Source of the DNA: Phyllosticta citribraziliensis
Taxonomy: Eukaryota
NCBI RefSeq assembly: GCF_038025025.1
Contig: NW_027117341.1
Location: 1,116,001-1,180,000 of the forward strand
DNA length: 64,000 nt
Reading direction: 5' to 3'
Shown: piece after piece, positions 11,762 to 24,326 of the stretch
Layout of the letters: the number at the start of each line of letters is the position of its first letter
Numbering within the stretch: the first letter of the stretch is position 1
Translations under genes and position numbers: made by a program
The notes under the pieces: generated by a model
What the model was told of the DNA's origin: nothing
Database searches by the model: none
Seen by the model: the letters and a program-made list of their open reading frames with translations, nothing else

Positions 11762-12754
11762 AAAGGCAGGGTTGGGAGTGGTCAGTACACGAGGATTGCA
11801 TCATTCGGCTTGGATATGCCGACACTGGAGATTTGGACAATAAAAAGGTGATAGGGTCAAGGCTTGAGAAGCATACAGAGATTGAAGACCTCCAAGACGA
11901 AAAAAAGAGAGAGGAAAGGCTCGACTGGTACTTGGCACAGATCATTTGGGCCCAGGGGACTCAACGGGCTACGAATTGAAGACGGGGATTCACGACAGAT
12001 CGAGCAAACTCAAAAGGGTTTACTCGAAGGAATTCTGGCATTTGGATGGCTTGGAAGCTCAACTTGCATGGGCAACGAAAACTTGGGACTTGGTTGGATG
12101 AATGGCGTTTTGGGACATTCAAAATGGGACACATGGGATCAAACGGACGACAAATGCTGAGGGAAAATTGGGACGGAAACCTCGGATTTGAGAGGCTCTG
12201 GTTGGTTGGAACTGGGCAATGGGGTGACAGAGGAGCTTGCTTGCTTGGGCACAACAAAAAAGGTCGGACTTGGGTCAGTGAACGGAGTTTTGGGACTTTC
12301 AAAAATTGGGTGGAGCAGACGAAAGGACATCAGGTAGATAGTCCTCACATTTCAAGAGCAATCAATGATTTCATTTGAGCAACGAGGGTCCTGGCGCTTG
12401 ATGTGACCACGAAGCTGATTTAATTGAGTATTATGAATGCGCAGAGAAACTTTTGATTATGCTACCTGCCTCGAGTCGCGAGTGGAAAGAAAAGAAACCA
12501 TAAGCCACTGTCCCTCGTGCCGTAATGGATACCGAATCCAAGGACCAAATCAATAAACCAATCAATCGCCCCTTTTTGCTTGGCCTTGTAGCGGCCAATG
12601 CATAACCATCTTTTCCAGAGTCGCTGTGTCGTCGACATGAAACCAGAGTGAAAAGAAAATGCCAACCCAGCAGCCGCTTTTGCTCGCCTGTCCAGAGATG
12701 TGTCAACTACCGAATTCTGCTATAGTCGCCGTGCCGCCGAATGAGAAGCAGGAG

Positions 12755-12826
12755 TGGAAATGGAAATGGAAATGGAAATGGAAATGGAAATGGAAATGGA
12801 AATGGAAATGGAAATGGAAATGGAAA
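12755..12826. repeat. Microsatellite (TGGAAA)12
   Basis: Perfect hexamer array. Confidence 0.97.
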
Positions 12827-13207
12827 AGAAGCTTGAGCCAATCATGCAGAGAGAAACCAACCCGTCGTCCGCTCTTTGCTCGCCTGTCCTGCCTGTGAAA
12901 ATGTGCCATGTATCGAGCGCAACTTTTGCCGCTGCCGTCGTGCAGCCAGATTGAAAGCAGGGGGGAAGTATGTATGCAAAGGATTCCGCATCAATCGCGC
13001 AGAGTAAACCAATCCAGTCGTCGTGTATCATGCGCCTTTGCAATGGGGCGTCCCGGCATCAACTTTTGTTGGAGTGCTGTGAAGTCGTTCTGATATGGGA
13101 AGAGAGACGTATGATAGGAAATGACAGCCGTGCATGCAGCAAAAAGGCCGATTGGCCATCGATCTCGTTTGGCTGTCCTGTGTTGTGTATTGTGTCCGAT
13201 TTTTGCT

Positions 13208-14763
13208 CTAGATGCTGTATTGTCGAAGAGCGATGAAAAGGAGAAATAACAAACGCCCACCAGTCGTAGTAAAAGTGTCCAAGGAAATGCCCATTTTATG
13301 CTCGCTTTTTCCGCGACATATCGCCAAGGTCGTCATGGACCTGCCCTGTATGTTCGGACTCGAGATCGGACAGAAAGGAACTCCAGTGGAGTAATGTCGA
13401 ACCAGCTGAAAGAAACTCAGTGCTTGTTCGACCGCCTCTGCAGTGTGTCGGATAGCCTCGAGATCTGCTTGCTTCTGCTTGAGTTGGGAATTCGCCTTTG
13501 TTGCATGCCTAGATGATAGAATGCTGGGCATAGATCAAGTAGCTGTGTTGGTTGCTGAAGCCGCTTTAGTCCGTTGGGATTTCAACTTGAAGCCAGAGTC
13601 AACGAACTTTTCGAGACGCAAACTTTCTGTCTGGAGGTTTCCCAGGATGTGAAATCCCTCATTAATTTGAGCTCAAGTTTGTAGTAAGCAAGAAGCTTGT
13701 TGATGCGCTCTTCAACAAGGTCCGTGTCGTCTGTTAGGTATTGTCGGTCAAGTTTGACTAAACCCCATTGCTCTTCCAGCAACTCACTGCTTTGTGTAGC
13801 CGTAGCGGAATTCCAATAACTGTACTCCTCAACTGTGAGGGCTTTGAGAGGGTCGTAAAGTTATTCCCAGAACGGGTTCAAAACGTCATATTGATGTTTG
13901 CCCAATTTCTGGCACTGTTCCATCAACTTTTGGCTGCAGGCTCTGGCTACGTCCAGTCGCTCCAAAAGTTTCTCTCGATTTGCTGCTAATGTTGGCATGC
14001 AAGTCTGGTTGATCATGTCTTGGACGAGAAAAAGCACGCGTCCAACAGGACTTCGAAGCCCTTGGATAATTTCGAGGCATGGCATGAAGGAAGCGTATTG
14101 CACGCTTTTTTGAAGCATGTCGAAATTTCCATGAGGCTGTGAGGCGAAGGCCAAACGCACCAGGCTCACAATATCGTATTGCATCGGAGGAATATCCTCA
14201 AAGGTCGACAGGGGAGAGCCGTCAAAAACTTTGACCAACCTTTCGGGTTTGGTTTGCAAGAAGTTATTGATCCAGTCCAAAGTGTCTATGGTCGCATTGA
14301 TGAGCGAGAAGAGCCGAAGTCGTAGGACCAAACAGACTTTGTTCCGGTTGAAGATATCGCGTGGACGTTCTGTCAGCACATTTTCGTCTGCTACTCTGCG
14401 CCTCTTCTCTGCAGTCTCGGGCTCCGAATCTGGTGAAAGTGATCTTTTGAGGGGTCTTTGAGTCGGGAAGATGAGTCTGTAAGCGAGTTCAAAATTCTTG
14501 TACGCGCTGTTCCTATCTTCCATGCTGTCGAGCTTGATGTCTTCGAAAGGCTCCACCAGAGATACATGTTTGGCAAGTTGGTCCGAGATTTCGAAAGCTT
14601 CCTTGCTAAGTGTGCCGGCATAGATTCTCCCCATGGCTCCGGACCCAGCATCAGAGCCATGCGACTCGTACCAGAGAGGCAGAACTCTAAAATGCCCAAC
14701 AAAAATCCGTCGAAACTCGAGACAGGTGTAAAATAAACCTGTAGGATGATGGAAGTGAGCCAT
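13208..14763 (-). pseudogene. Cassette gene B, copy 1: 300-aa open N-terminal part (14763-13861) with an interrupted C-terminal continuation
   Basis: After the TAA at 13863-13861 the same frame continues (FWE*LYDPLKAL..QWGLVKLDRQYL). A probable frameshift follows near 13665 and a TGA near 13536, before a coiled-coil-like tail. The N-terminus is similar to the ORF at 27451. Confidence 0.65.
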
Positions 14764-15070
14764 CTGAAAGCCTTGGCTTGAGTGATTGAGCCGTCGACAA
14801 CCTGACGGCGAAAGAGGTGATGTGTGCTTGGTGAGACCAAGAGAGGTGAGATGCTTCGGGAGTTAATGGGCCAGAGGGCGGCTAACCACAGACTCAGACT
14901 CGGTTTTGGATTGGAGGTGAGAGAGCAGAGATAGCACAAGTGAACCGTGTGGAGGGGCGACTTCTGTAGTGTTGACCCGCCGGTCTCGATAGTGTTGTGA
15001 TAGTGTCGACTCTCAGCGACCCAGGGAAGAATGCCGTGGAAGACTGGTGGTGAAGAGGAGGGGTAGCAAA

Positions 15071-15120
15071 GAGAGAGAGAGAAAGAGCGAGAGAGCGAGA
15101 GAGCGAGAGAGCGAGAGAGC
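15071..15120. repeat. GA-rich / (GAGAGAGC)n simple repeat
   Basis: Seen directly. Confidence 0.85.
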
Positions 15121-15300
15121 GTGGAAAGTTGAAGGTTATGTGCCGCACCGGAAGGAAGCTATGTAGCCAGATTTGGAACTAACTCGATCTTCGATTCGTA
15201 GTTGAATAATCGCCCGTGATGCATCTTTTCTGCGTGGCTTGCCTGCGCAACACACGCTTGCACTGGATGCAGGAGACTCAATTCACTTCCACGACCCCAG

Positions 15301-16300
15301 CTAATTGAAGATGATTCCTCCATCCACCAAGAGAGTCTGCCCAGTGACGTAGTCACTATCTGGACCAGCCAGAAAGCTCACAGCTTTGCTCACATCCGTC
15401 GGTACACTCGTGCGTCCAAGCGCAATGTCGGCGGAGTACTTCTTTATGGTATCGCCCTTCTTGGCACCTGTTTCCTCGCCAAGTTTCTCGTCGATGAGGT
15501 CCCACATGCTGGTGCCAACGATGCCCGGCGCATATGCATTCGCGGTGATTTTGTGCTTCGCCATCTCCATGGCAAAGACCTGGGTCAGGCCGCGGACCGC
15601 AAACTTGGTCGCCGAGTAAGGTCCAAGCATCGCAAAGGGCTTGAAAGAGACGATACTGGAGTATCCAGGGTGAGCGCCTGCACATTTGGGGCTCTGATGG
15701 GATGTGCGTACCTGGCAGCACCAATCAATTTGCCTCCGCTACCTTGCGAGATCATCTGCTTTGCAGCGGTAGAATAGCAGTTGAAAGCACCAAAGACGTT
15801 GATCTCGAATATTTTCCGCAGCTCGTCAGGCGTCGTCTGGAGCAGCGGCTTTACCTGGGCGATTCCAGCATTGGCAACCATGGTGTTGAGAGGACCGAGC
15901 TCTTTTACGGATGTTTGGACAATGTTTTCCACTTCCTCCAGTCTTGAGACATCTCCCAAGCATACCGTGGCCTTTCGCCCAAGCTCTTTGATTTCCGATA
16001 CCAATTGCTCTGCCTCGTCTTTGTTGGCAGGAATGTCGTTGACACCCACGTCGTAGCCATCTTGAGCAAGCCGGAGTGCGATGGCTTTGCCGCTGCAAAC
16101 AGTCAAACCTTGCAATATGGTGCTCATTGGAGATCTTACATCCCCCTGGCAGAGCCGGTCACGATCGCTGTCTTACGTTGCTGCTCTGGGACGCCTATGA
16201 CGGAGCGGGTGTATTTGGGACCAGCAACAGGGGCCCTATACGCCGAAGGCAGCGCGTTTGAATATCCGAGCAAGTTGCGAAGTCCCGAACGAGCTGCCAT
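15301..16300 (-). CDS. Short-chain dehydrogenase, acetoin/diacetyl reductase (2,3-butanediol dehydrogenase)-like, with N-terminal extension; 3 exons
   Basis: Motifs TGSARG(I)GKAIALRLA, VANAGIAQV, YSATKFAVRGLTQ, NAYAPGIVGT.MW and DYVTGQTLLVDGG. Introns at about 16093-16139 and 15656-15711. Confidence 0.88.
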
Positions 16301-16728
16301 GATGCGTTTGACGACGGATTTTGAAAGAGAAGGAGAAAGAGAAGATCTGTGGCTGGAACATGGTAACGAGAGACTTCGGAGGTTTTTGATGCAGCGCTTC
16401 AACAGCTAGTCACTCCATCTCGGGGACTACAACACCGGGAATGCGGAGTCGACACGGTATGGGGTAAGGAAGGGTGTCCTGGTGTGGGGACGAGGATATG
16501 CCATTGACGAATCATGGAGGCATCGGACATGCGGAGACATGGCAAAGCAATGCTCAAAAACAAGGCTGAGCTGCAGGAGCAAGGTCACGAAGGGCTGGAG
16601 AAAACGAGGGGAAGTTGAGCGTCAAGGGTTACCCAAAAAAGCAAATCCTACACGCGGGGGAGACTGACTAAGCGGTGTTGACATTTTGCCGCAGACACGT
16701 CCACCACCATCGACCAAGCACACACGTC

Positions 16729-18208
16729 ATGTCGCGCCCCAGTAGCATGATGGCACAACGCAACCTCACCCTGACCGAAGAGCTGGAAAGGCTGGAGCAG
16801 TCCATTACGCTCACGCTTCAAGGTGCGCAGTCTTGTCCTGTTCATGCAGTATTCGGCTAATGACGACACAGAAATCGACCACAACTTTAGTCGCGCCCAT
16901 CGCATCGTTACTGGAAGCATTCTCCCAATCGTCGAAGGATACGCGAAGCATTCTGAAGCTGTATGGGAGGGATCAAAAGTATGGAATCTCGACATCTACT
17001 TGGGCAAAAGGGTCTGACATACGATACAGTTTTGGAAGCAATTCTTCGAAGCCAGCGCAAACGTTTCTCTGTCCGGCTACGAAGAGCCTTCAGGAGGCGA
17101 AGACACCACTATTCAGCATGACGAAATGACGCAAGAATCCTCATACGATGAAAGCCCATCAGTCCGCGACACCACCATCCATTCGAATGCCGATCGTACC
17201 AGCAAATTCGACGACAGCGCAGACCTCGAGGCTGACGACTCGATTCTCTCCTCTCCCTCCCTTACAAAGACTCCCCGCAACCCGCCCACCATGACCGCAG
17301 CCGCATTCGCCGATTACGGCTCTCCATACGAAGCTCTCAGACGGGAACTCCGCGGCGGCGACGGCGATACCAAGCAGGAGGGCAGCGCCAAACAAGCGGA
17401 GAATGACACCGATGGATTCTCTTCTGACGGCGCTGGAGACTTGGACGAAGGCACCGTCATGAATCTTCCAACAACCCCTGGCAGACCTTCGACCTCGGGG
17501 CTTCCGGACATGTCGATGACGCCCCAGTCCTCGCCTTTCGATCAACACACACAAACACACCGGCCAACAGGGAACCAGGACCCGCTGCTGCACCGCATGT
17601 TGGACAGGACATATCGTATCGCAGCGACGCCGCACACGGCCCGCAAGAACCAGCAGTCGCAACAGCAGCAGCGGCGTCCTGACGCGACCCCAGGAACCGC
17701 AAACCGCACGAGACGCCTGACCGCGCTGGACTCGAGCCCTCTCTCATCGCCCGAGGGTGCAGCGCCTCAGTTACGCGCAGAAATGTTTTCTTCCCCCATG
17801 AAGTCTCCTGTGAAGACGCCGCGCACACCCGGCGTCAGCGTGCTGCACCAACAACGACAACAGCACCACACCCCAGGCACCGCCGCCGCAAGCAGCAGCA
17901 AGGGCAAAGGCAAAGCAAGCGAGCAGCCGGTCGAGCGCACCCTCGACTTCACGCGCGACGACCTCGTGACATGGGACTCGGACAGCGAGGATGGCACGCA
18001 GGCCATGAGCCCGCCGAAGACGCTCCAATTCCACGTGCCGCAGAGCCGGCTGCTACAGACGCCGGCGCGCGAGGCCAGTCGGCGCATCGTCGAGGACCTG
18101 CTGCTGACGGCGGGCGGCGGCGATGCGTTGACGGATTCGAATGTTGGCGTGGGCGAGGTCAGCCCGAGCGTGGTGAGGAGACATGAGATGCTTGATGATA
18201 GCTTTTGA
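16729..18208 (+). CDS. ASK1: DASH/Dam1 complex subunit Ask1
   Basis: Spliced N-terminus EELERLEQSITLTLQ/EIDHNFSRAHRIVT..ILP..WEGSK/FWKQFFEASANVSL. Introns at 16823-16871 and 16979-17029. Confidence 0.92.
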
Positions 18209-19001
18209 GCGGCGTGTTGTCCACATTGCGTGCATAGAGGCGGCTGCCTGATTCGTGACGAAGTCGATATACCCGGGGCAGTCCGTCGTTTTCTAGAGAA
18301 CCACATAGACTCACCAACCAAATTTCCTTCCAAACCCGAAAAAGCGCAAGAACGCTGACCCTCCGTGCGCTTACTCGTGCTGTCCGATTTGGCTCGCTTG
18401 CGTGGATGCACGCGGCTGACCTGTCAACAAGTCAGGCCGAGCGAGCGGCGTAGGGCTGGCAGGCTGTCACTTTCACATGTCAAACTCGCCAGCCAGCCAG
18501 CTGGAAGCTCCGTCTGACATCGGAGCATCCCACAGCGCGCGCACGTCAAAAAGCTACACGTACATGGACCTACCGTAGAAAAATTCAGGTACCTGCCGCG
18601 TGACAGCCAGCGCGCCCCGCGTCCCGTTCGCGCGAGCAATCACAAAACACACAGCGTTGGCAAAATGGAACGGACGCAAATTATTTCAAAGCGGCTCTGC
18701 ATGCCGCGCGATTCTGGTAATACTGTACATCTAAAAGTGTAGGTAAATAGATAGATCGATGCGTCGCCCAGCTCTCCCTCTTCTAGATATCTGGCCAAAG
18801 CAAATCAAGTGCCCAGCAGCAGACGACAAACAGATCCAACAACTCGCATCAAACAAGGGTCAACCGGTAGGATGAGGGGGTAACCGAAGGACAGAGGGGA
18901 CGAAAGATCATGAAGCGCAGAAAACGGACTGCGAGGGGTGGCGAGAAATTTGAGGTGTGTGCGGGGGTGGGTGTCTGGTTGCAGGGAAGGGGAGGAAAGA
19001 T

Positions 19002-21122
19002 CTACAACTTCGCCTTGGTTTCGAGAGTAGGCACCATGAGATCTCTGATGTCGCCGGCGGCCTCGTTGAGGTAGAAAGACATGCGGTCCGAGCCGAGGTG
19101 CTTGGAGACGACGTTGAACTGGATGCTGTTTTCGTTGATCATGTAGGCAATACTGCGGCATCACATTAGCTCCGCGTGCTCACCGAGACAGAATTAAAGA
19201 AAGACGCCAAACTTACCCCCACCCATCGTCGAAAACCTGGCTCCAGCCGTAGCCGTTGAAGTACTCGGAGCTCAGCTGGCTGGAGCTGATGAACCAGTGG
19301 CTCGAGTAGCTGAACGTCGGGTCCTTGTAGATGCTGGGCACCTCCTCTCCTTCCTTGAGACACTTCTTGAGGCCGAACAAGTGGCGGTCGACGCCGCGCC
19401 CGTCGCTGGCGTCGGTGATGTATGCGACGTGTGCGTTCAGCGCCTTGCGGAAGAGGTCGCGCGTCTGTTCCGGGCTCGCGCTCGCGTCGGCCATGGCGTT
19501 GCAGAAGGCTACGCTCTCGTCCGACACGGAGCGGCAGGTCTCTGTGCGGCCTTGCTGGAAGCGGCGCGTTGCTGCCGACTCGTACGTGGGTCGGTTCTTG
19601 CCGTAGAACTTGTGGTAGGCGAGTTGGATGATCATTTGCACGTAGGCGTCGGGGCTGCACTTGAACTTCTTGATCAGGCCCTTGCCGTAGCCCTGGTAGG
19701 CCTGTACACGGAGTTCGTGGGCACCAATCTGGCCCTCGAAGTGTTTTTGAGCCGCAGTGATATCATCTTGCAATTCCTTGTTGAGCTTGAAGTTGAGAGG
19801 CGTGGGGTCGGGAATGTTGGAGCGGATGGAGGGGTCGTCAAATGGGAGAGCGTTGGAGAAGATGAGCGCGCTGGCGTGGTCATTCAGGCGGTGCGTAGGA
19901 GTGCCATCCATCATGCTGTGCTCGCCCATGAAGCCAGAGGTGCCATTCTCGTTGATGATGAATTGGAGCGGCTTGTCGAACCAGCGGTTCGCGCCGTCGC
20001 CATGCCAGTAAGCGTGAGCGCGCTCTTCCAGAGTAATTGGGGAAGCATCGTCCAGGCAGACAACAAAGGATGCGGATTCAATGGCCTTGAGAATAGCCTC
20101 GTTGGACGGGTGGGCAGCAATGAGGCGCTCGCGGGCCTCGGTCCAGACATCGCGGTTTTGGCTGGTCAGGAGGCCGACGGGGGGCGCCTTTTCGGCCTTT
20201 TGGTAAATTCTCTTGAACTGCTGCTCCAGTTCTGACGTGTTGAGCTGCCTGCCGTCCAGCTCATGATCCACCTTGAAGAACTGGTTTTTCCTAATGACCA
20301 CAATGTGCTTGTTGCCGGCGAAATCGTATTTCTGGGGGTAGTCGCTCGGCTTGGCGGGAATGCGGCAGCAGTTGAACATGAACTCGTAGCTCGACATGGC
20401 AATAGGAAGCTTCTTCATGTACTCGGGCTCCAGCGTCTTGGTGTCGACCAGCTTCTTGAACTCCAAAGCAGCGGTGGTCAGCGCCGCCGCCCGTTTTGTG
20501 GGGTCGCGGCGCTTGCGGTCATCCCGGTGCGAGTAAAAGTAGCTGACGTATGGAACCACAGGATCTCTGTAGGCCAGATACGCGGCCTCATTCCACCATT
20601 CGTAGATCCAGTTCTTGACGTTGGGGTCTTCTCTCCGCGCAATCAAGCGTTTCTGGAGAGTCTCGCCAGCACCGCCGGGCTGAACAAAGTCCTCGACAGC
20701 CTTCTTTGTGCTCTCAAACTCCTGAGTGTTCAGCAGCGGGTGGACGGACTTGAGGTATCGTTTCGCAGTCTCATCGAGGGTCGGTACAGGAAGGCGCGGC
20801 AGCGATTCTTCGAAGCGTAGCATAGGGCCCTTGGTCTTGTCCTCCTTGTAGCCTGTATTGCGGTTAGGACCCGAGTATTGGGGCTCGCAAGGGGAGAGAG
20901 CGAGGCGCACGTACCGGCCGGCAGAGTCGACTGTGTTCTAGCGGACGCCATGGTGATCAACTGCTCGGCGGTGGTCAGAATTCTGCGTCGCACAAAGTAG
21001 ATCTGCAGATGCGGCCCGCGAAACAAACATACCGTGGGGGAGCGGGTGACGGGCTTGGACAGGGCTTGAGCGCGGAGAAGCGAGGTGGAGTTGGGGCGAG
21101 CCCGGCTCAGAGCATTAAACAT
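19002..21122 (-). CDS. CAT2: Carnitine O-acetyltransferase, mitochondrial/peroxisomal (Cat2/AcuJ type); 4 exons
   Basis: Motifs LPRLPVPTL, NRWFDKPLQ, GEHSMMDG and TYESAATRRF..GRTE. Arg/Ser-rich N-terminal presequence and C-terminal AKL (PTS1). Introns at 20961-21032, 20853-20914 and about 19153-19216. Confidence 0.95.
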
Positions 21123-21194
21123 ATCTCTGATGGCAGGCGGATTGAGCAGACGGTCGACGAGCGGTGTAAATTAGTATGGCCGTTCTGAAAAGAC

Positions 21195-21520
21195 CCTCGG
21201 TCAGCGGGAAGAAGGACGGCGGCCATGCCGGTGGGAGCAAGCAAGCTGCACCATGACGCCCTGGGGATGCCGAGGTCCAGCTGCCCCGCCCGATTGGCTG
21301 GCCCAACGCGCCCGCATGCGCACCCCAGACTGTTTGCTTACCTTCACTTCACTTGGGTCTCTCTGAATGCGGTCCTCTGCGTCTATCGCATCACTCACGC
21401 GGCGACGTCTCCTTTTTCAACTTGCTCCTCCACCAACACGCGCCACGATCTCGAAGCGCCATCCGGCTATCCCCCAGCTTTCGGCTCCCCACACATTCGT
21501 CAAAGCCCCACGGGCCGAGG
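21195..21520. promoter_or_regulatory. Three CCTCGG/CCGAGG (FarA/FarB-type) elements upstream of the carnitine acetyltransferase gene
   Basis: CCTCGG at 21195; CCGAGG at 21270 and 21515. Confidence 0.6.
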
Positions 21521-21604
21521 GAAGCCCCACCTCGACCGCGGTCCGAAAATGGCAATGGGCAACTCGAGTACTGCATTTCGTATGTACAATTTAGTGGTGT
21601 AGAA

Positions 21605-22570
21605 TCATCCGCCGACCTGCCGCCTCATCCACTCTTCTGGTGCCGTCGCTTTGCGCCCCAAAATCCATTCAAGCACCCCCGGATTTCCCAGAAGACCGCG
21701 TCTGTTGTAGAATAGGATCATCCTCTCCGGTTCATCTCGAGTTCGCGCGTCGACCTCGGTGGTGGCATACAACCGCTTGCACAACATATCGACCGACTCT
21801 TGAAAGGGGATGCGGGACACCTCGACGTCCTTTCCCAGGACTTTGGCTGCCATGGCGACTAGCGCCGAGTTGGGCATGGGCATAGTTGAGCACGCCGCAT
21901 ACTGGGCCATGTAGTGCTTCTCCCTCTCCTCGATGACTTTTGAAACTGCTTCTGCGAGGTCATCGAGCGCTGTGTAGGAAAACGAAACATTGGTATCCCA
22001 GAGTGCCGGAAAAACTGGCTTTTCTTGCTGCGCCAAATACTTGATGGGAAAGTTGTCCAAGAAAGTACTGGGCTGAAGAATTGTAAAGTTCAATCCAGAC
22101 TCCATCAGATGTTCCTCGACGTGGTTCTTGCAGTCGTGATTCATCAACTTGCGCAATTGAGGACTAAGCACCGACGAGTAAATAAAGTGCTTGAATGTGC
22201 CCCGCTTGGCCTCCTCCACAGCGGCATCAACCATGAAGCAGCCCATCTCTTTCTCGCGCGGATGGAAGGAGGGCCCCACGTGGAAAACAGTTGCGACGCC
22301 GCACATGATGCGGCGCACATGGTCGACGTTGTCCAGACTCGCCCGAACAACCTCCGCTTCGGGGTATCGCGTCTTGAGACGTTCTTCGGAGGCCTGGCTG
22401 TTGACATGTAGGCGAAGGTGTCTCCATTTTCCCTGCAAGAGCGGCAAGAGAGATGAACATTGTTTTCCGCTGGCACAAACCAGTAGGAGCACGTCGTTGT
22501 CGTGGTCGACAGACATTTGGGGACGCAAGGATGAGATGAAAAGCTTGAGGTGACTTGCGCTTTTGGACAT
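21605..22570 (-). CDS. NmrA-like NAD(P)-binding protein
   Basis: Motifs LLVCASGKQC, FHVGPSFHPRE, FIYSSVL..KLMNHDCK..VEEHLMESGLNFTILQP. The true start may be the Met at 22516. Confidence 0.85.
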   Translation of the reverse strand: MSKSASHLKLFISSLRPQMSVDHDNDVLLLVCASGKQCSSLLPLLQGKWRHLRLHVNSQASEERLKTRYPEAEVVRASLDNVDHVRRIMCGVATVFHVGPSFHPREKEMGCFMVDAAVEEAKRGTFKHFIYSSVLSPQLRKLMNHDCKNHVEEHLMESGLNFTILQPSTFLDNFPIKYLAQQEKPVFPALWDTNVSFSYTALDDLAEAVSKVIEEREKHYMAQYAACSTMPMPNSALVAMAAKVLGKDVEVSRIPFQESVDMLCKRLYATTEVDARTRDEPERMILFYNRRGLLGNPGVLEWILGRKATAPEEWMRRQVGG

Positions 22571-23029
22571 TGGCTTTCAGAACGCAGACGGAACTAGAAG
22601 GAGAAGACAGAGCCGACTGACGGCTCATAGGTCATCTCTTTGAAGACATCTCGGATCTGGTTAGCAGTTGGGGAACTTGAAGATCGTTGACTTCGGGATT
22701 CTTTTTCGTCGCGACGGAGGAAATCGCCGATGTGAGGTGATCACAGCAAAGACTTGAAAAGTCACGCTCCACCATGAACAAGATCCGAAGTCTGAGAGCG
22801 ACAGCACGAAGGAGAAATAAATTCTTGTGTCGTCGTCTAGTGATGTAGCGGACGGACGGGCTGACGGCATGGGGACCGGGAAGATAGCTCCGAGATTTTT
22901 GCGCGAGCCCGCTAGCCCGACGCCAGTTTGCCCAAGCTTTCCGGCTCGCTGCTCTCAACACCATACTTCCTCTCACCGTTACTTCATCCATTGCATCTCC
23001 GCTTTGTCCCTCCTACCGCATCCTTCATC

Positions 23030-24326
23030 ATGTTCGCTGCTCGTCAGGTCTTCGGCGCTGCCCAGAGGAGGGCTTTCTCTGTCTCCGCCAGGCAGGTAAG
23101 CGCTTCCTTCACCGCGCCGCAAAAGCCGCAACCGCTCTGTTGCGCCCCGTACCGTGCTAATTGTCACGCCGCAGAACTCCAAGGTCGCTGTCCTCGGCGC
23201 TGCTGGTGGCATTGGCCAGCCTCTTTCCCTGCTCCTTAAGCTTAACCCCCGCGTGAGCTCTCTCGCTCTCTACGACATCCGAGGCGGCCCTGGTACGACT
23301 CCCGAATCCTGCGTGAAGATGTACCTCTGACACGTATCTTAGGTGTTGCTGCCGATGTTTCCCACGTCAACACCAAGAGCATCGTATGCCGGCCCCTTTC
23401 TTTATAATTGGGTTGGAGACTCACAGGTAAACAGGTCAAGGGCTACGACCCGACTCCCTCGGGCCTCAAGGAGTGCTTGGAGGGTGCTGAGATTGTTCTC
23501 ATCCCCGCCGGTGTTCCCCGCAAGCCTGGCATGACCCGTGATGGTAAGCATTCTGTATCACTGTATGTTGCTTCACGGCTGACCATTGGAAGACCTCTTC
23601 AACACCAACGCCTCGATCGTCCGCGACCTCGCCAAGGCCACCGCTGAGGCTGCCCCCAAGGCCAACGTCTTGATCATCTCGAACCCTGTATGGATCTACC
23701 GTTCTTGCTCCTGGCATACTTCTAACACTACATAGGTCAACTCTACCGTCCCCATTACGGCTGAGGTCTTCAAGAGCAAGGGTGTCTACGACCCCAAGCG
23801 CCTTTTCGGTGTCACCACCCTCGACGTCGTCCGCGCCTCCCGCTTCATCTCCGAGATCAAGGGCAGCGACCCCGCCAACGAGAACATTACCGTCGTCGGT
23901 GGTCACTCTGGTGCCACCATTGTCCCCCTGCTGTCGCAGTCCGGCCACAAGCTCCAGGGCGAGCAGCTCGATGCCTACATCAAGCGCGTCCAGTTCGGTG
24001 GTGACGAGGTCGTTCAGGCCAAGGGCGGTGCTGGCTCCGCCACCCTCTCCATGGCCATGGCCGGCGCCCGCTTCGCCGAGTCTCTCCTCAAGGCCGCTCA
24101 GGGTGAGAAGGGTGTCATTGAGCCCACCTTCGTCGAGAGCCCCCTGTACAAGGACCAGGGCTGCGACTTCTTCGCCTCCAAGGTCGAGCTCGGCCCCAAC
24201 GGTGTTGAGAAGATCCACCCCGTCGGCCAGATCACCGAGTTCGAGCAGAAGCTTCTCGACGTCTGCCTCCAGGACCTCTCCAAGAACATCCAGAAGGGTG
24301 TCAAGTTCGTCAAGGAGAACCCTTAA
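23030..24326 (+). CDS. MDH1: Malate dehydrogenase, mitochondrial; 6 exons
   Basis: Presequence [17 protein letters not shown], then [35 protein letters not shown] and [10 protein letters not shown]; five short GT-AG introns. Confidence 0.97.

Noticed and set aside
12659..13043. ORFs with WK/ME/FH/IS dipeptide runs
   Set aside because: Artefacts of the (TGGAAA)12 microsatellite, which is not a TTAGGG telomeric repeat either.
8700..15200. Island as a classical transposon or Starship
   Set aside because: I found no transposase, reverse transcriptase, tyrosine-recombinase captain, TIR or TSD by eye.
19297..20235. Long plus-strand ORF (similar cases at 23499-24218, 320-835 and 6853-7548)
   Set aside because: Antisense shadows of codon-biased genes.
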